A DNA stretch of 64,000 nucleotides. Origin: a bacterium. GTDB taxonomy: Bacteria; Sysuimicrobiota; Sysuimicrobiia; Sysuimicrobiales; Humicultoraceae. The notes under the pieces were generated by a model. The model searched no databases. It was not told the DNA's origin and saw nothing but the letters and a program-made list of their open reading frames with translations. Numbering within the stretch: the stretch's first letter is position 1; each line of letters begins with the position of its first letter. The stretch is taken from contig JBGQGY010000001.1 of assembly GCA_041497675.1 (NCBI GenBank), positions 32,001 to 96,000 of the forward strand, written 5' to 3'. A program made the translations under genes and the position numbers. Shown in pieces: positions 20,096-29,435 of the stretch.

Positions 20096-21172
20096 ATGGC
20101 GAAGATCGCGATCGTCGGCTGTGGTGGAATCGGGGGTCTGGCCGGATTCTACATGGCCCAGGCGGGCGAGTCTGTCGTCTTTGTCGACCAGAACGCCGAC
20201 CATGTCCGGGCGATCCGCGACCGCGGCCTCTCCGTGAACGGCGTGTACGGGCCGATGTCCATTGGTCCCCAGCGCTCGTACACGCCAAGTGAGATTCCCG
20301 AACCGCTCGACGGGCTGATCTTTCTCGCATGCAAATCGCAGCACACGGCCGCGGCCGTCCCGCCGTTACTACGGTATCTGACCCCACAGACGTGCATTAT
20401 CTCGCTTCAGAACGGCATGAACGAAGACACGATTGCCGACGTCGTCGGGCGTGAGCGCACGATGGGCGCCCTGCCCGACTACGGCGGCGCGTACCTCAAC
20501 CCGGGCGTGCTCGAAGCGGTCCACGAGGGAACGGTGTACGTGGGTGAGCTCGACGGTCAAGTCACCGACCGCGCGCGCGAGGCCGCCCGCCTCCTAGGGA
20601 TCGGCCGGAACAAATGCGAGCTGCTCAACGACATCGTGGGACGTCTGTGGACGAAGCAGGTCTACAATTCACAGGTGGTCACGACGGCCCTCATCGATGG
20701 GACGGTCGTCCAGGTGTTGGGAAACAAGAAAGTTCAACGTGTGTCGATCGCCCTGGTGCGGGAGGCGATCCGTGTGTCAGATGCCGCCGGTGTGCGTCTG
20801 CACCCAGACCGCTGGTTCACGCCGGACCTGTACCGTGCGGATACCCCCGAGGCGACACAGCAGCTCCTGGCCGCGTTTGACCGGCTCGTCGAGCACCTAG
20901 GGGGCCACCAGGTCGGCGAAGGGCCGGGCGGCTACACGTACGTGAAGAAAGCCAGCGGGATTCATTGGGATATCGTCTACCGCAGGCGCAAGAGTGAGGC
21001 GGCCCACCTGACGGTGGTGTGTGTGGCCGACCGGTATGGCGTGAAAGTGCCGTTGAACACTCGTCTGATCGAGTTGATCGAAGAGATCGAGGACGGCAAG
21101 CGCACGCTCGGGTGGCACAACGTCGACGAGCTGACGGCCTACGCGGAGACTCTGGGCAAAGCGCTCCGCTAA
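20096..21172 (+). CDS. Ketopantoate reductase (PanE/ApbA) family oxidoreductase
   Basis: IVGCGGIGG, ACKS, SLQNGM, GELDG, LWTK (catalytic Lys), RRKSE (catalytic Glu). Confidence 0.85.
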   Translation: MAKIAIVGCGGIGGLAGFYMAQAGESVVFVDQNADHVRAIRDRGLSVNGVYGPMSIGPQRSYTPSEIPEPLDGLIFLACKSQHTAAAVPPLLRYLTPQTCIISLQNGMNEDTIADVVGRERTMGALPDYGGAYLNPGVLEAVHEGTVYVGELDGQVTDRAREAARLLGIGRNKCELLNDIVGRLWTKQVYNSQVVTTALIDGTVVQVLGNKKVQRVSIALVREAIRVSDAAGVRLHPDRWFTPDLYRADTPEATQQLLAAFDRLVEHLGGHQVGEGPGGYTYVKKASGIHWDIVYRRRKSEAAHLTVVCVADRYGVKVPLNTRLIELIEEIEDGKRTLGWHNVDELTAYAETLGKALR

Positions 21173-22413
21173 GGACTCTTGTAGACGACGCCGTCCTTCA
21201 TCACCAGCCGGACGCGCTGCGGGTCGGCCACGACCGAGATATCGGCTAGCGGGTCGCCATCGATCAAGATCAGGTCGGCCAGGCGCCCCGGTTCTAGGGT
21301 GCCGAGGACATCGCCCATCCCAAGCACCTGAGCGCCCATCTTCGTCGACGCGACAATTGACTGCATGGGCGTCATGCCCGCCTGCACCATGTAAACGAGT
21401 TCGCGGGTGTTTTGGGCATGCCCCAGCGCGCCCGCATCGGTGCCCATGGCGATCTTCACGCCGAGGTCGAGCGCCCGTTTGAAGTTGCGACGCTGCACGT
21501 CGAAGACCGGGGGCAGCTTCGCCGCCGTGTACGCGGGCAGCGAGTGCGGGTCGCGGTCCAGCCGCTCCTTCATGCGATGGGTGACGCTGAGGGTGGGCAC
21601 GAGCCAGATGCCCAGGCGCACCATCCGCTCCAAGTCTTCCTCGTCGGCCACGGCCGCGTGCTCAATGGAATCCACGCGCGCCTCCAGGCAGATCTTCAAC
21701 CCCTCACCGCCGTGGGCGTGGACCAGCACGGGTTTGCCGGCGGCATGCGCCTCATCCACCATGGCCCGCAGCTCTTCGAGGGTGAACTGTCTGGTCGTCG
21801 GGCCGCCCCGTGGAGAGCCGACGCCCCCGGTCGTCGCAATCTTGATACAGTCCGCCCCGGCGCGGATGACCTCACGAACCTTGCGCCGGCACGCGTCGGC
21901 GCCGTCGGCCGTGCCGTCGGGGATGCCGGGCAGCCGCGGAAAGTCCGAGGAGAGCCCGCAGGGCTGCATCAGGTCGCCGTGACCGCCGGTCTGCGTGATG
22001 ATCACCAGGCTGATGACCAGCCGCGGGCCGGGGGTGACGCCCTGTTCGACGGCCATCTTGACCCCGAGGTCGACGCCCGCCGCGTCGCGGAACGCCGTGA
22101 CGCCGGTCATGAGCGTTTCGGTCGCCCAGCGTCCGACCTGGAGAACCGCCAGACTCGGGGCGGTGTTCATACGCTGTTTGATATCCAATCCCAGATGGGC
22201 CAGGTGATCGTGGCAGTCGATGATGCCCGGCATCGCGGTGAGCGACGGGTAATCATAGACCTTGAGCCGATCACCCGCTGCCTGGAGCGACGCCGAGGGT
22301 CTAACGTCGCTGATCGTGTTGCCTTCGATCGTCAGGGCCATATTGCGCGCCGGCGGCACCCCGGTGCCGTCGATCAGTTGTCCGACCTTGATCACCATGG
22401 CGGTGCCCGTCAT
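21169..22413 (-). CDS. Metal-dependent amidohydrolase (Xaa-Pro dipeptidase-like subgroup)
   Basis: PGIIDCHDH, TGGHGD, IKIATTGG, VHAHG, SIEH, MGTDAG, GRLADLI. Confidence 0.92.
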   Translation of the reverse strand: MTGTAMVIKVGQLIDGTGVPPARNMALTIEGNTISDVRPSASLQAAGDRLKVYDYPSLTAMPGIIDCHDHLAHLGLDIKQRMNTAPSLAVLQVGRWATETLMTGVTAFRDAAGVDLGVKMAVEQGVTPGPRLVISLVIITQTGGHGDLMQPCGLSSDFPRLPGIPDGTADGADACRRKVREVIRAGADCIKIATTGGVGSPRGGPTTRQFTLEELRAMVDEAHAAGKPVLVHAHGGEGLKICLEARVDSIEHAAVADEEDLERMVRLGIWLVPTLSVTHRMKERLDRDPHSLPAYTAAKLPPVFDVQRRNFKRALDLGVKIAMGTDAGALGHAQNTRELVYMVQAGMTPMQSIVASTKMGAQVLGMGDVLGTLEPGRLADLILIDGDPLADISVVADPQRVRLVMKDGVVYKSP

Positions 22414-22533
22414 CTATGCGCCCTCCCGTCATGCGTCCGCGATTCGATGCTGCCGGCGCATGTATTCCCCGCAAGACTTCGTGGGCCTCTTGGAGAAATC
22501 ACCGTTGCGAATACTCTCAGCGGGAGGTCTGCG

Positions 22534-23328
22534 ATGCGCAAGTGGAATCTGGCCCTGATGAACTCTGGTGAGATTGGTGCGATCGTCAAAGAGCACTCGC
22601 TGCTGCTGGTCCCGGTTGGCTGCGTCGAGCAGCACGGACCCGTCGGGTTCACCGGCGCCGACACGTATCTTGCAGAATACGTGTGCCACCGGGCGGCTGA
22701 GAGACTCGACGATGTGTACGTGACGCCGCCGTTGTGGTTTGGGTACACGCCCTACACCAGTTTCGCGGGGACGGTGAGCCTGCGTCTGGCGACCTTGGAG
22801 GCCGTCGTCCAGGACGTCGTGGAAGGGTATCTGGCGCACGGGTTCCGTCACATCGTCATTGTCAACAACCATGGACCAAACGAGGCGGCGATCGAGCCCG
22901 TGGCGGCGAGGGTGCGGCGGCAGCACGGGGTGGTGCTCGGCGTGCTCTATCCGTGGCGACTGGCTAATCACGTGTCGGCGGATCTATACCCGGATACCCG
23001 CGCCGTCTTCGGCCACGGTGGCGAGCCGACGATTTCTGTCATGATGGCGCTCTCACCCGGAACGATCGACCCGTCGCCTCCCGGGGCGCGCGGCTACGTG
23101 AGTCCGGAAGGCCCGTTCCAGGTCACGTCGTACCGAGCGGCCCGGTTCGGCGGTTTTGAGATCGGGTTGTTCAACGAAGCGTCACACGTGCTTCCCAGCG
23201 GGGCCAGCGGGGACTGGACCGTGGCGTCCGAGGAGCGCGGCCGCGAGATTCTCCGACGCATGGTAGACTACGCGTTGCAGTTCCTGCCCGCGTTTTTGCG
23301 TCTGAGCCGCGAGCGCCGCCGCCCCTAG
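22534..23328 (+). CDS. Creatininase family amidohydrolase
   Basis: PVGCVEQHG…D, FAGTVSL, VNNHGPN, GHGGEPT, ASEERG; GGAGG RBS before ATG 22534. Confidence 0.88.
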   Translation: MRKWNLALMNSGEIGAIVKEHSLLLVPVGCVEQHGPVGFTGADTYLAEYVCHRAAERLDDVYVTPPLWFGYTPYTSFAGTVSLRLATLEAVVQDVVEGYLAHGFRHIVIVNNHGPNEAAIEPVAARVRRQHGVVLGVLYPWRLANHVSADLYPDTRAVFGHGGEPTISVMMALSPGTIDPSPPGARGYVSPEGPFQVTSYRAARFGGFEIGLFNEASHVLPSGASGDWTVASEERGREILRRMVDYALQFLPAFLRLSRERRRP

Positions 23329-24725
23329 GCCGCGGGTTCCTCCGGAGGGAACTTCAGGGCCGCGATCTCGATGCCGGCCTCGGTGGGATCGACCGACTGC
23401 ACGATGTGTCTGGTGTGATGTTCCTCGAGGTCCAGATCGGACACCACCTCGGGCGGGGTGGCCTGCGGGTCGATCACGCTGACGAGCGGGCGAGCGGGGC
23501 TGCTGCGGCCCGGCCGGCGGACCACGGCGAGGGTGCCTCCGTCCAGACGGACCAGAGTACCCACCGGGTAGACGCCCATCTCCTGCAAGAAGATCCTCGC
23601 CAGCGTGGGGTCATAGAGCGTTCCCGCGCCCGCCAGGATGAGCCGCATGGCCTCTTCGGGGGTGTGGGGCCGGCGGTAGACCCGCCGAGACGTTGTCGCG
23701 GCGTCGAATACGTCTGCGATCTGTACGAGGCGCGCGAGCAGGTGCGGACGGGGTTTGGTGCTGATGCGCGGGTATCCCGACAGGTCGTAGTTGGCGTGGT
23801 GCTCGAACGCGACGACCATCGTCAGCTTTGACGGGCCCGCGAGCCCGCGCAGCATCTCCGCCCCAAGGATCGGGTGCTGCTGGATGATGGTCCGCTCGTC
23901 GTCGGTGAGTTTGCCGACCTTGTTGAGGATCTCGTGGGGGATGCGCGTCTTGCCGATGTCATGCATCAATGCCGCGACGCCGAGCGTGGCCATCTGGTCG
24001 CGGCTGAACGCCAACCGCGGCGCCATGAACAGCGCCAGGATGCCCACGTTGACCGAGTGATGCGCCGTGTCTGCGTCATAGTTCTTGATGGTGGCGGCGC
24101 GCATGAGGCTCAGCGGGTCTTTGGTGAGGATGTCGACGAGTGAATCCACGACAACGCGGGCTTTGTGCAAGTTGAGGGCGCCGTTGCCCGCCGCCTGCGA
24201 GTAGAGTTCGTCGATGACGCGCAGCCCGGCGCGGTAGGCGTCGGTCGGCTCAACCTTGAGCGCGGCCCGCGCCGTGACCGGGTTTGCCTCGGTAGCCCCC
24301 ACGGAGAGGTAGCGGATCCCGCGGTGGTCGAGGTACGCGGCGGCCCCGCCCATCTGTTGCACCTCAGCGACCGGCATGCAGAGCATGTCGACGAAATGGC
24401 GCAACTCGTGCAACTCCACGCCGCGGCGGATTTCGAGCGACAGAATGGAGCGTCGCCTGAACTCACCGAGGAGTGAGGCCAGCTGGAGACTTTCCTCGAG
24501 TAATATGGTGTTGTCCACAAAAAATGTCTCTTCATGGATAAAGATTCCAATTAATGGGCGGTCGGCCAGCAACGCCGTGACCAACTGATACGCGTCCGCG
24601 ACGAAGCGGTCGATGACCCGATGGGTGCGGCCGTAGAGCGCCGCGGTTCGGCGGATCCGCGAGAGCGCGCGCAAGACTTCAACCGGTCGCTCGCGCACAA
24701 TGGGGTTGAACGCGGGGTCGGTCAC
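23325..24725 (-). CDS. HD-GYP domain phosphodiesterase (putative c-di-GMP PDE) with unassigned N-terminal domain
   Basis: HHSVNV, MHDIGK, LNKVGKLT, QHPILG, EHHANYDLSGYP, IADVFDA, C-terminal YPVGTLVRL. Confidence 0.88.
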   Translation of the reverse strand: MTDPAFNPIVRERPVEVLRALSRIRRTAALYGRTHRVIDRFVADAYQLVTALLADRPLIGIFIHEETFFVDNTILLEESLQLASLLGEFRRRSILSLEIRRGVELHELRHFVDMLCMPVAEVQQMGGAAAYLDHRGIRYLSVGATEANPVTARAALKVEPTDAYRAGLRVIDELYSQAAGNGALNLHKARVVVDSLVDILTKDPLSLMRAATIKNYDADTAHHSVNVGILALFMAPRLAFSRDQMATLGVAALMHDIGKTRIPHEILNKVGKLTDDERTIIQQHPILGAEMLRGLAGPSKLTMVVAFEHHANYDLSGYPRISTKPRPHLLARLVQIADVFDAATTSRRVYRRPHTPEEAMRLILAGAGTLYDPTLARIFLQEMGVYPVGTLVRLDGGTLAVVRRPGRSSPARPLVSVIDPQATPPEVVSDLDLEEHHTRHIVQSVDPTEAGIEIAALKFPPEEPAA

Positions 24726-26731
24726 GTGGGTCGCGCCTGCATGCTGGCAGCCGGAGGCATGCGGTCGGGCGCCCCGTCGAAGGCCTGGATCGTGGCGACG
24801 GCCTCCCCGGCCAGGCGCCGGAGGGTGCGGGGCCGTCGCCCGAAGGCGAGCCGGTGTTGGGAGAATCGAACCAGCGCGGGGATCGCGTCTTTGGCGCGCG
24901 ACCGCGCCAAAGACGCGATAATCTCCTGCTTGAGGGCAAAGGTCAACTGCATCGGGTCGAGCCGCGCCAGCAAGTGGAGCAACTTCGGCAGGGAGAGCAG
25001 CACCGCGGTGTCGCTCATCGAGAGGACGACCTTGAGACGGATCCGCCCATCGACGTCGTCGAGCAGCTTGGCCAGTAGCGCGTTGGCCTCCTGCCCGCCG
25101 ATGCTGGCAAGGGCGGCTACGGCCTCGCTGCGAACACGGTGGTCGCGATGCGAGGCGAGCCGCGCGATGTGACCCATCCCCCGAGGATCGCCCAGACGAC
25201 CCAAGATGTATGCGACGTTACGCGCCAGATACCAACGCCCATCGGTCGCGAAGAATCCCACGTCGTCGATGCGATCGCGGGCCAGGGTCACGATGATGTC
25301 GCAGAGCATTCGCCGAGTCCCGGCACGCAACTCCTCACCAAGGATCATCATCAGCGGCGCAACGATGCGACTGCCCAGCAGCGACAGACACAGTCGAAGC
25401 TCTTCCTCCACCGGGGTGCCGCGGCCGTTCCACAGCGTCTCCACCATCGTATTGAGGAGGCGGGTTTTCGCCACCCCATCCGTGAGATCCGCCACCGCGC
25501 GCTCGTGAGCCGGCGTCTTGGCGGCGCCGTCCCGAAGGCCTTGCAGCACGACCCGCAGCAGCGAGAAATCTTCCTGCCCGACGAGCCACGGGAGGTACTC
25601 ATCGACTGATCGGATCGTGCCCACGATCTCTGACTCATCCGCCTGGTTGCGAAACATGTCGACGAGCGTGCCGATGACCTCGCGGGCGACGGAGGCCTCG
25701 TCCGTGCCCTCCATCTCGATGCGGATGCTTTCTGGCGGTCCGTCATCGGCCGGGCGCCCCGCCGGGAGGGGCAGGGAGGTGGACCCCGCGACCGCCGTCT
25801 GCGGCTGCTGCGCGTGCAGGATTTGCATCTCCGGGTCCAAAGCCAGCAGGTCGCCCGGACCCTCGCCCCCGCTGCTTTCGAGCGAGTTACGGGGCACAAT
25901 CCCGACCAGTCTCTGCTCGGACAGATGGTCCAGTAGCACCCGGGCCATCGCATCGTTGCTCCCCGGCGCGGTCAGCGTGCGCTGCAGCGGCATCCGAACC
26001 GGGTCCTCGAGCAGGAGGATGGCCGCGGCGAGGTGGCTGTAGAACTGCTCGCGGTCTTCGCTGGACTGGGTCGCGATGATGCGATCGAGGTTCTTGACGA
26101 CGTCGTACAGCGTCTGACTCCAGTCGAGGTGCTGGTCGTCGGCCGCGTTCCCCAGCATCGTCCGCAATTGCTCGAACAGTCCGCCAATCGCACCGGGGCC
26201 GGACCTCAGGATGTCGACGACAAACTGATGATTTTCGGCGGTCAGTTCCTGGCCGTCGCCCATCAGGTCCCACAACGCGCCCCACGACTCGTCCTGCGGC
26301 GCGGCGCCCACGGCGAGAACGATCTCCATGACCCTGATCGTCTGCACACCTGCCCGGCGCATGCCTCCGGCGATACCCCCGGACCCTTCGAGACTCACCC
26401 GGTCTTGTCTGACGATGGTCAAGAACGTCGTGATCTCCTGGGCGGTCACACCGGGGAGGACCGCGAAGCCGATGACCTTTCTGGCGTACAGGTGGAGGGC
26501 CAGGCTGGCCGACGTGGCATCCTTGAACGTCGCCTCGTTGACCTGGAACGACCGGCGGGATACCCGAACGGTGAACGGTCCGTTTGTCTCGATGTAGGTA
26601 TGCAGCCCGGCGAGGACCTCGCCAATCGCCCGGTCCGTGACCGGGCTCGGGGGCGGATAGAGGGTGTAGGTCTTGAGAGCGACGGCAAAACGTCGCAGGA
26701 TGGCGCTCGCCGCGGATGCCTTTGAGTCCAT
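24722..26731 (-). CDS. HEAT/PBS-lyase repeat protein with unassigned N-terminal domain
   Basis: C-terminal repeats WYLARNVAYILGRLG, HRDHRVRSEAVAALASIG, LDDVDGRIRLKVV; 4-nt overlap with the HD-GYP gene. Confidence 0.8.
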   Translation of the reverse strand: MDSKASAASAILRRFAVALKTYTLYPPPSPVTDRAIGEVLAGLHTYIETNGPFTVRVSRRSFQVNEATFKDATSASLALHLYARKVIGFAVLPGVTAQEITTFLTIVRQDRVSLEGSGGIAGGMRRAGVQTIRVMEIVLAVGAAPQDESWGALWDLMGDGQELTAENHQFVVDILRSGPGAIGGLFEQLRTMLGNAADDQHLDWSQTLYDVVKNLDRIIATQSSEDREQFYSHLAAAILLLEDPVRMPLQRTLTAPGSNDAMARVLLDHLSEQRLVGIVPRNSLESSGGEGPGDLLALDPEMQILHAQQPQTAVAGSTSLPLPAGRPADDGPPESIRIEMEGTDEASVAREVIGTLVDMFRNQADESEIVGTIRSVDEYLPWLVGQEDFSLLRVVLQGLRDGAAKTPAHERAVADLTDGVAKTRLLNTMVETLWNGRGTPVEEELRLCLSLLGSRIVAPLMMILGEELRAGTRRMLCDIIVTLARDRIDDVGFFATDGRWYLARNVAYILGRLGDPRGMGHIARLASHRDHRVRSEAVAALASIGGQEANALLAKLLDDVDGRIRLKVVLSMSDTAVLLSLPKLLHLLARLDPMQLTFALKQEIIASLARSRAKDAIPALVRFSQHRLAFGRRPRTLRRLAGEAVATIQAFDGAPDRMPPAASMQARPT

Positions 26732-26735
26732 GGAG

Positions 26736-29321
26736 TTAGCCCGCGGTCACCACGCGGTCGCGTCCTTCTGCCTTCGCCCGGTAGAGGGCGGCGTCCGCGG
26801 CCTTGAGCACCTTTTCGCCGGTCGCCTCGTGGTCGGGGAAGACGGCGATGCCCAGCGAGAGGGTCACCGCTCCCAGGGACGTCCCTTGGTGCTCGACGGA
26901 CAGACGCGCGGCGGCCTGACGGATCCCCTCGGCCCGCGCCTGGGCGATATGGAGCGGCGCGCCCGGTAGGATCAGGGCGAACTCCTCGCCGCCGTACCGG
27001 CAGGCGATGTCCTCAGCGCGGATACCCTTTTGGAGCACGGTGGCGAGTGCCCGCAAGAGCGCGTCGCCCGCCGCGTGGCCGAAGGAGTCGTTGAATCGCT
27101 TGAAGTGGTCGAGATCCAGCATGATCACAGAAACGGGAATCCCCGCGCGGGACGCCCGCTGCAGCTCGCGTATCAGCGATTCCTCCATGTACCGCCGGTT
27201 GAACAGACCGGTGAGCGGGTCGCGGATCGACTGGTGGCGCAGCGTCTCTCGCAGCCGCAGGTTCGTAATGGCCAGTCCGATCTGTTCGGCGACCGCGCCG
27301 GCAAGCTGCTCGACGGATTCGCTCCAGATGTCTGGGTGATGAAGATCGATCCCCCGGATCGCGAGGTGCAACACTCCAAGGGAATCGCCCTGTGAGGCCA
27401 TCGGGATGCAGATGGTCGCATCCGGTGGGTGGGGCCCCAGGTGCGGGCAGGGAAGACCAGCGGTCGTCGACGTCCACGTGTGCCCCCGGCCCCGTCGGAC
27501 GGCCCAGCAGTCCTCAGGGACGAACACGTGCGGGGTCGGGGCCCCGTCGCCCCACGCCGTGACGGCCTCGAGCAGGTCGTTGGCCGGCGTCAGGATGTAC
27601 AGCGCACCCGACAGCTTGGGAAACAGCTGGGGGAGGAAGAGCGCGACCACCTTCGAGACCTCGTCTTGGTGCTGGCAGCCCAGCAGATATTCGGTCATCT
27701 CGCCAAGCAACGAAATCTCGCGGTTCCGCTGCTGGAGCTGACCGACCCACGCCGTGAGCTTTTCGTTGGCCTCACGGACGGCCTTCTCGGCCTGCTTACG
27801 CTCGGTCAGGTCGGTGATGATGGCGATGGAGCCGTGGTACTCGCCGTCCTTGATCCGTGGCACGGCCGTCACCAAGACGTCGATCACTTTGCCCCCGGCA
27901 CCCTTGAACCGGACGTCATACGTGTCGACGGCGCCCTCCCGTCGCCGGCCGCGCGCCGCCTTGATGACCGCGTGATCGTCTTCATAAACGAAGTCCATCG
28001 TGTTCTTGTACGTCAGCCGCTCCACGGGGTAGCCGAGCATGTCGGCGAGGGCAGGGTTGACGTACTCATAGCGCCCCTGCGCATCGGTGACCGCGAGCCC
28101 CTGCGCGATCGTGTTCATGACCTGCAGTGCGAAATCGCGCTGCGCGCGCAGCTCGCCATCGATGCGCTTGCGATCGGTGATGTCCTCGGCGATGCCCACG
28201 AATCCTGTGACCCTTGCATCTTTGTCGCGGATCGCGCCGGCCTGGGCCTGCACCCAGTGGATCTCGCCGTCTGGGCGTTGGAAGCGGAACTCCAGCGAGA
28301 ATTCGCGCCCTTCGCGCGTACACGTATCCCACCATGTGGAGACCAGCACGCGGTCGTCGGCGTGGATCGCCAGAGTCCAGCCGTCGCCAATGTTCTCGTC
28401 CAGACGGAGCCCGGTGATTTCTTGCCACTTGGCGTTGACGTACTCGCACCGCCCCGCCGGGTCCGTGTGGAAGATGCCCATCGGCGACGCGGCTGCCAGC
28501 GAGCGGAACCGTTCCTCACTCTGCCGCAGCGCCTCTTCAGCGAGGTGACGCGTTGAGATGTCCCGCGCGTGGGCCTGGAAGCCGGCGACGCGATCGCCGT
28601 CGAGTATCAAATGGACGTTTTGGCCCAGCCACGTCCGCCCGCCGCTCTTGGTCATCACCGGCAGTTCGAGGTATGAGGTCGGTGTTCGTTCGCTGATCTG
28701 CACGCGATAGAAGGCCCGCGCTTCCTTTCGGGCTTCGGGGGCGACCAGGTCGAGATAGTGACGGCCGACGCATTCCTCCGGAGAGAACCCCAGAACGCGC
28801 GTCACCACCGCATTCACAAACGTAAAGCGTCCTCGGTTGTCCGTCTGATAGATGATATCGGTGGCCTGTTCGATGAGGGTCTTGTAGCGGCTCTGGCTCT
28901 CCCGCAGCGCCTCCGCGGCTAGTCGCCGCTCCGTGATGTCGATCCCGAGTGAAATCGTGCCTGTGGCGCTGCCCCCGTCGCGCATCTCCCTGTTGTGCCA
29001 GGAAATGAACCGCTCCTCGCCCGAGCTGGTCAGGATGGGGCCTTCGAGTGAAGCCGGGATCCCGGCGGCGGCCCCGCGTGCGAACTGTTCCCACGCGTCG
29101 GGATACCGTGACCGCGGCACAAGGACTTCGAACCAGTCGCGACCCACCAGGTCGGCTGGGGCGTACCCGGTGATGCGCTCGGCTTCGTCGTTGGTCCAGA
29201 CGATCCGGCCGGCCGTGTCGAGTTGGATGACGATGACGTGGGCGTGCTGAATCAGATCCTGGGCTAGGGCCTGGACCTGCAGAGCCGGCTGTTGGCGTGG
29301 AAGGTTGGCAACCTCGCCCAT
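26736..29321 (-). CDS. Diguanylate cyclase with four PAS domains and a GAF domain
   Basis: Four PAS/PAC units (DITERR, DISTR, DITDRK, DLTERK), GAF, DPLTGLFNRR, DLDHFKRFND, I-site RAED and GGEEF; start 29321 chosen from an AAGGA RBS (29342 possible). Confidence 0.93.
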   Translation of the reverse strand: MGEVANLPRQQPALQVQALAQDLIQHAHVIVIQLDTAGRIVWTNDEAERITGYAPADLVGRDWFEVLVPRSRYPDAWEQFARGAAAGIPASLEGPILTSSGEERFISWHNREMRDGGSATGTISLGIDITERRLAAEALRESQSRYKTLIEQATDIIYQTDNRGRFTFVNAVVTRVLGFSPEECVGRHYLDLVAPEARKEARAFYRVQISERTPTSYLELPVMTKSGGRTWLGQNVHLILDGDRVAGFQAHARDISTRHLAEEALRQSEERFRSLAAASPMGIFHTDPAGRCEYVNAKWQEITGLRLDENIGDGWTLAIHADDRVLVSTWWDTCTREGREFSLEFRFQRPDGEIHWVQAQAGAIRDKDARVTGFVGIAEDITDRKRIDGELRAQRDFALQVMNTIAQGLAVTDAQGRYEYVNPALADMLGYPVERLTYKNTMDFVYEDDHAVIKAARGRRREGAVDTYDVRFKGAGGKVIDVLVTAVPRIKDGEYHGSIAIITDLTERKQAEKAVREANEKLTAWVGQLQQRNREISLLGEMTEYLLGCQHQDEVSKVVALFLPQLFPKLSGALYILTPANDLLEAVTAWGDGAPTPHVFVPEDCWAVRRGRGHTWTSTTAGLPCPHLGPHPPDATICIPMASQGDSLGVLHLAIRGIDLHHPDIWSESVEQLAGAVAEQIGLAITNLRLRETLRHQSIRDPLTGLFNRRYMEESLIRELQRASRAGIPVSVIMLDLDHFKRFNDSFGHAAGDALLRALATVLQKGIRAEDIACRYGGEEFALILPGAPLHIAQARAEGIRQAAARLSVEHQGTSLGAVTLSLGIAVFPDHEATGEKVLKAADAALYRAKAEGRDRVVTAG

Positions 29322-29435
29322 CCGTGCCGTCCTTTTTGGCATCCTGTAAAAAAGGTGTCGGGAGGTTATTCCCGTTTTGATGGAAGTTCAGGCCGCGCAC
29401 AGGACTCAGCGGCACATCGGAGAACACCCGTACCC

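Noticed and set aside
21412..22533. N-terminal 370 aa of ORF 21412..23328
   Set aside because: Antisense to the amidohydrolase; the creatininase starts at ATG 22534 with an RBS
29322..29435. c-di-GMP riboswitch between the DGC and NHL genes
   Set aside because: No recognisable class I or II consensus
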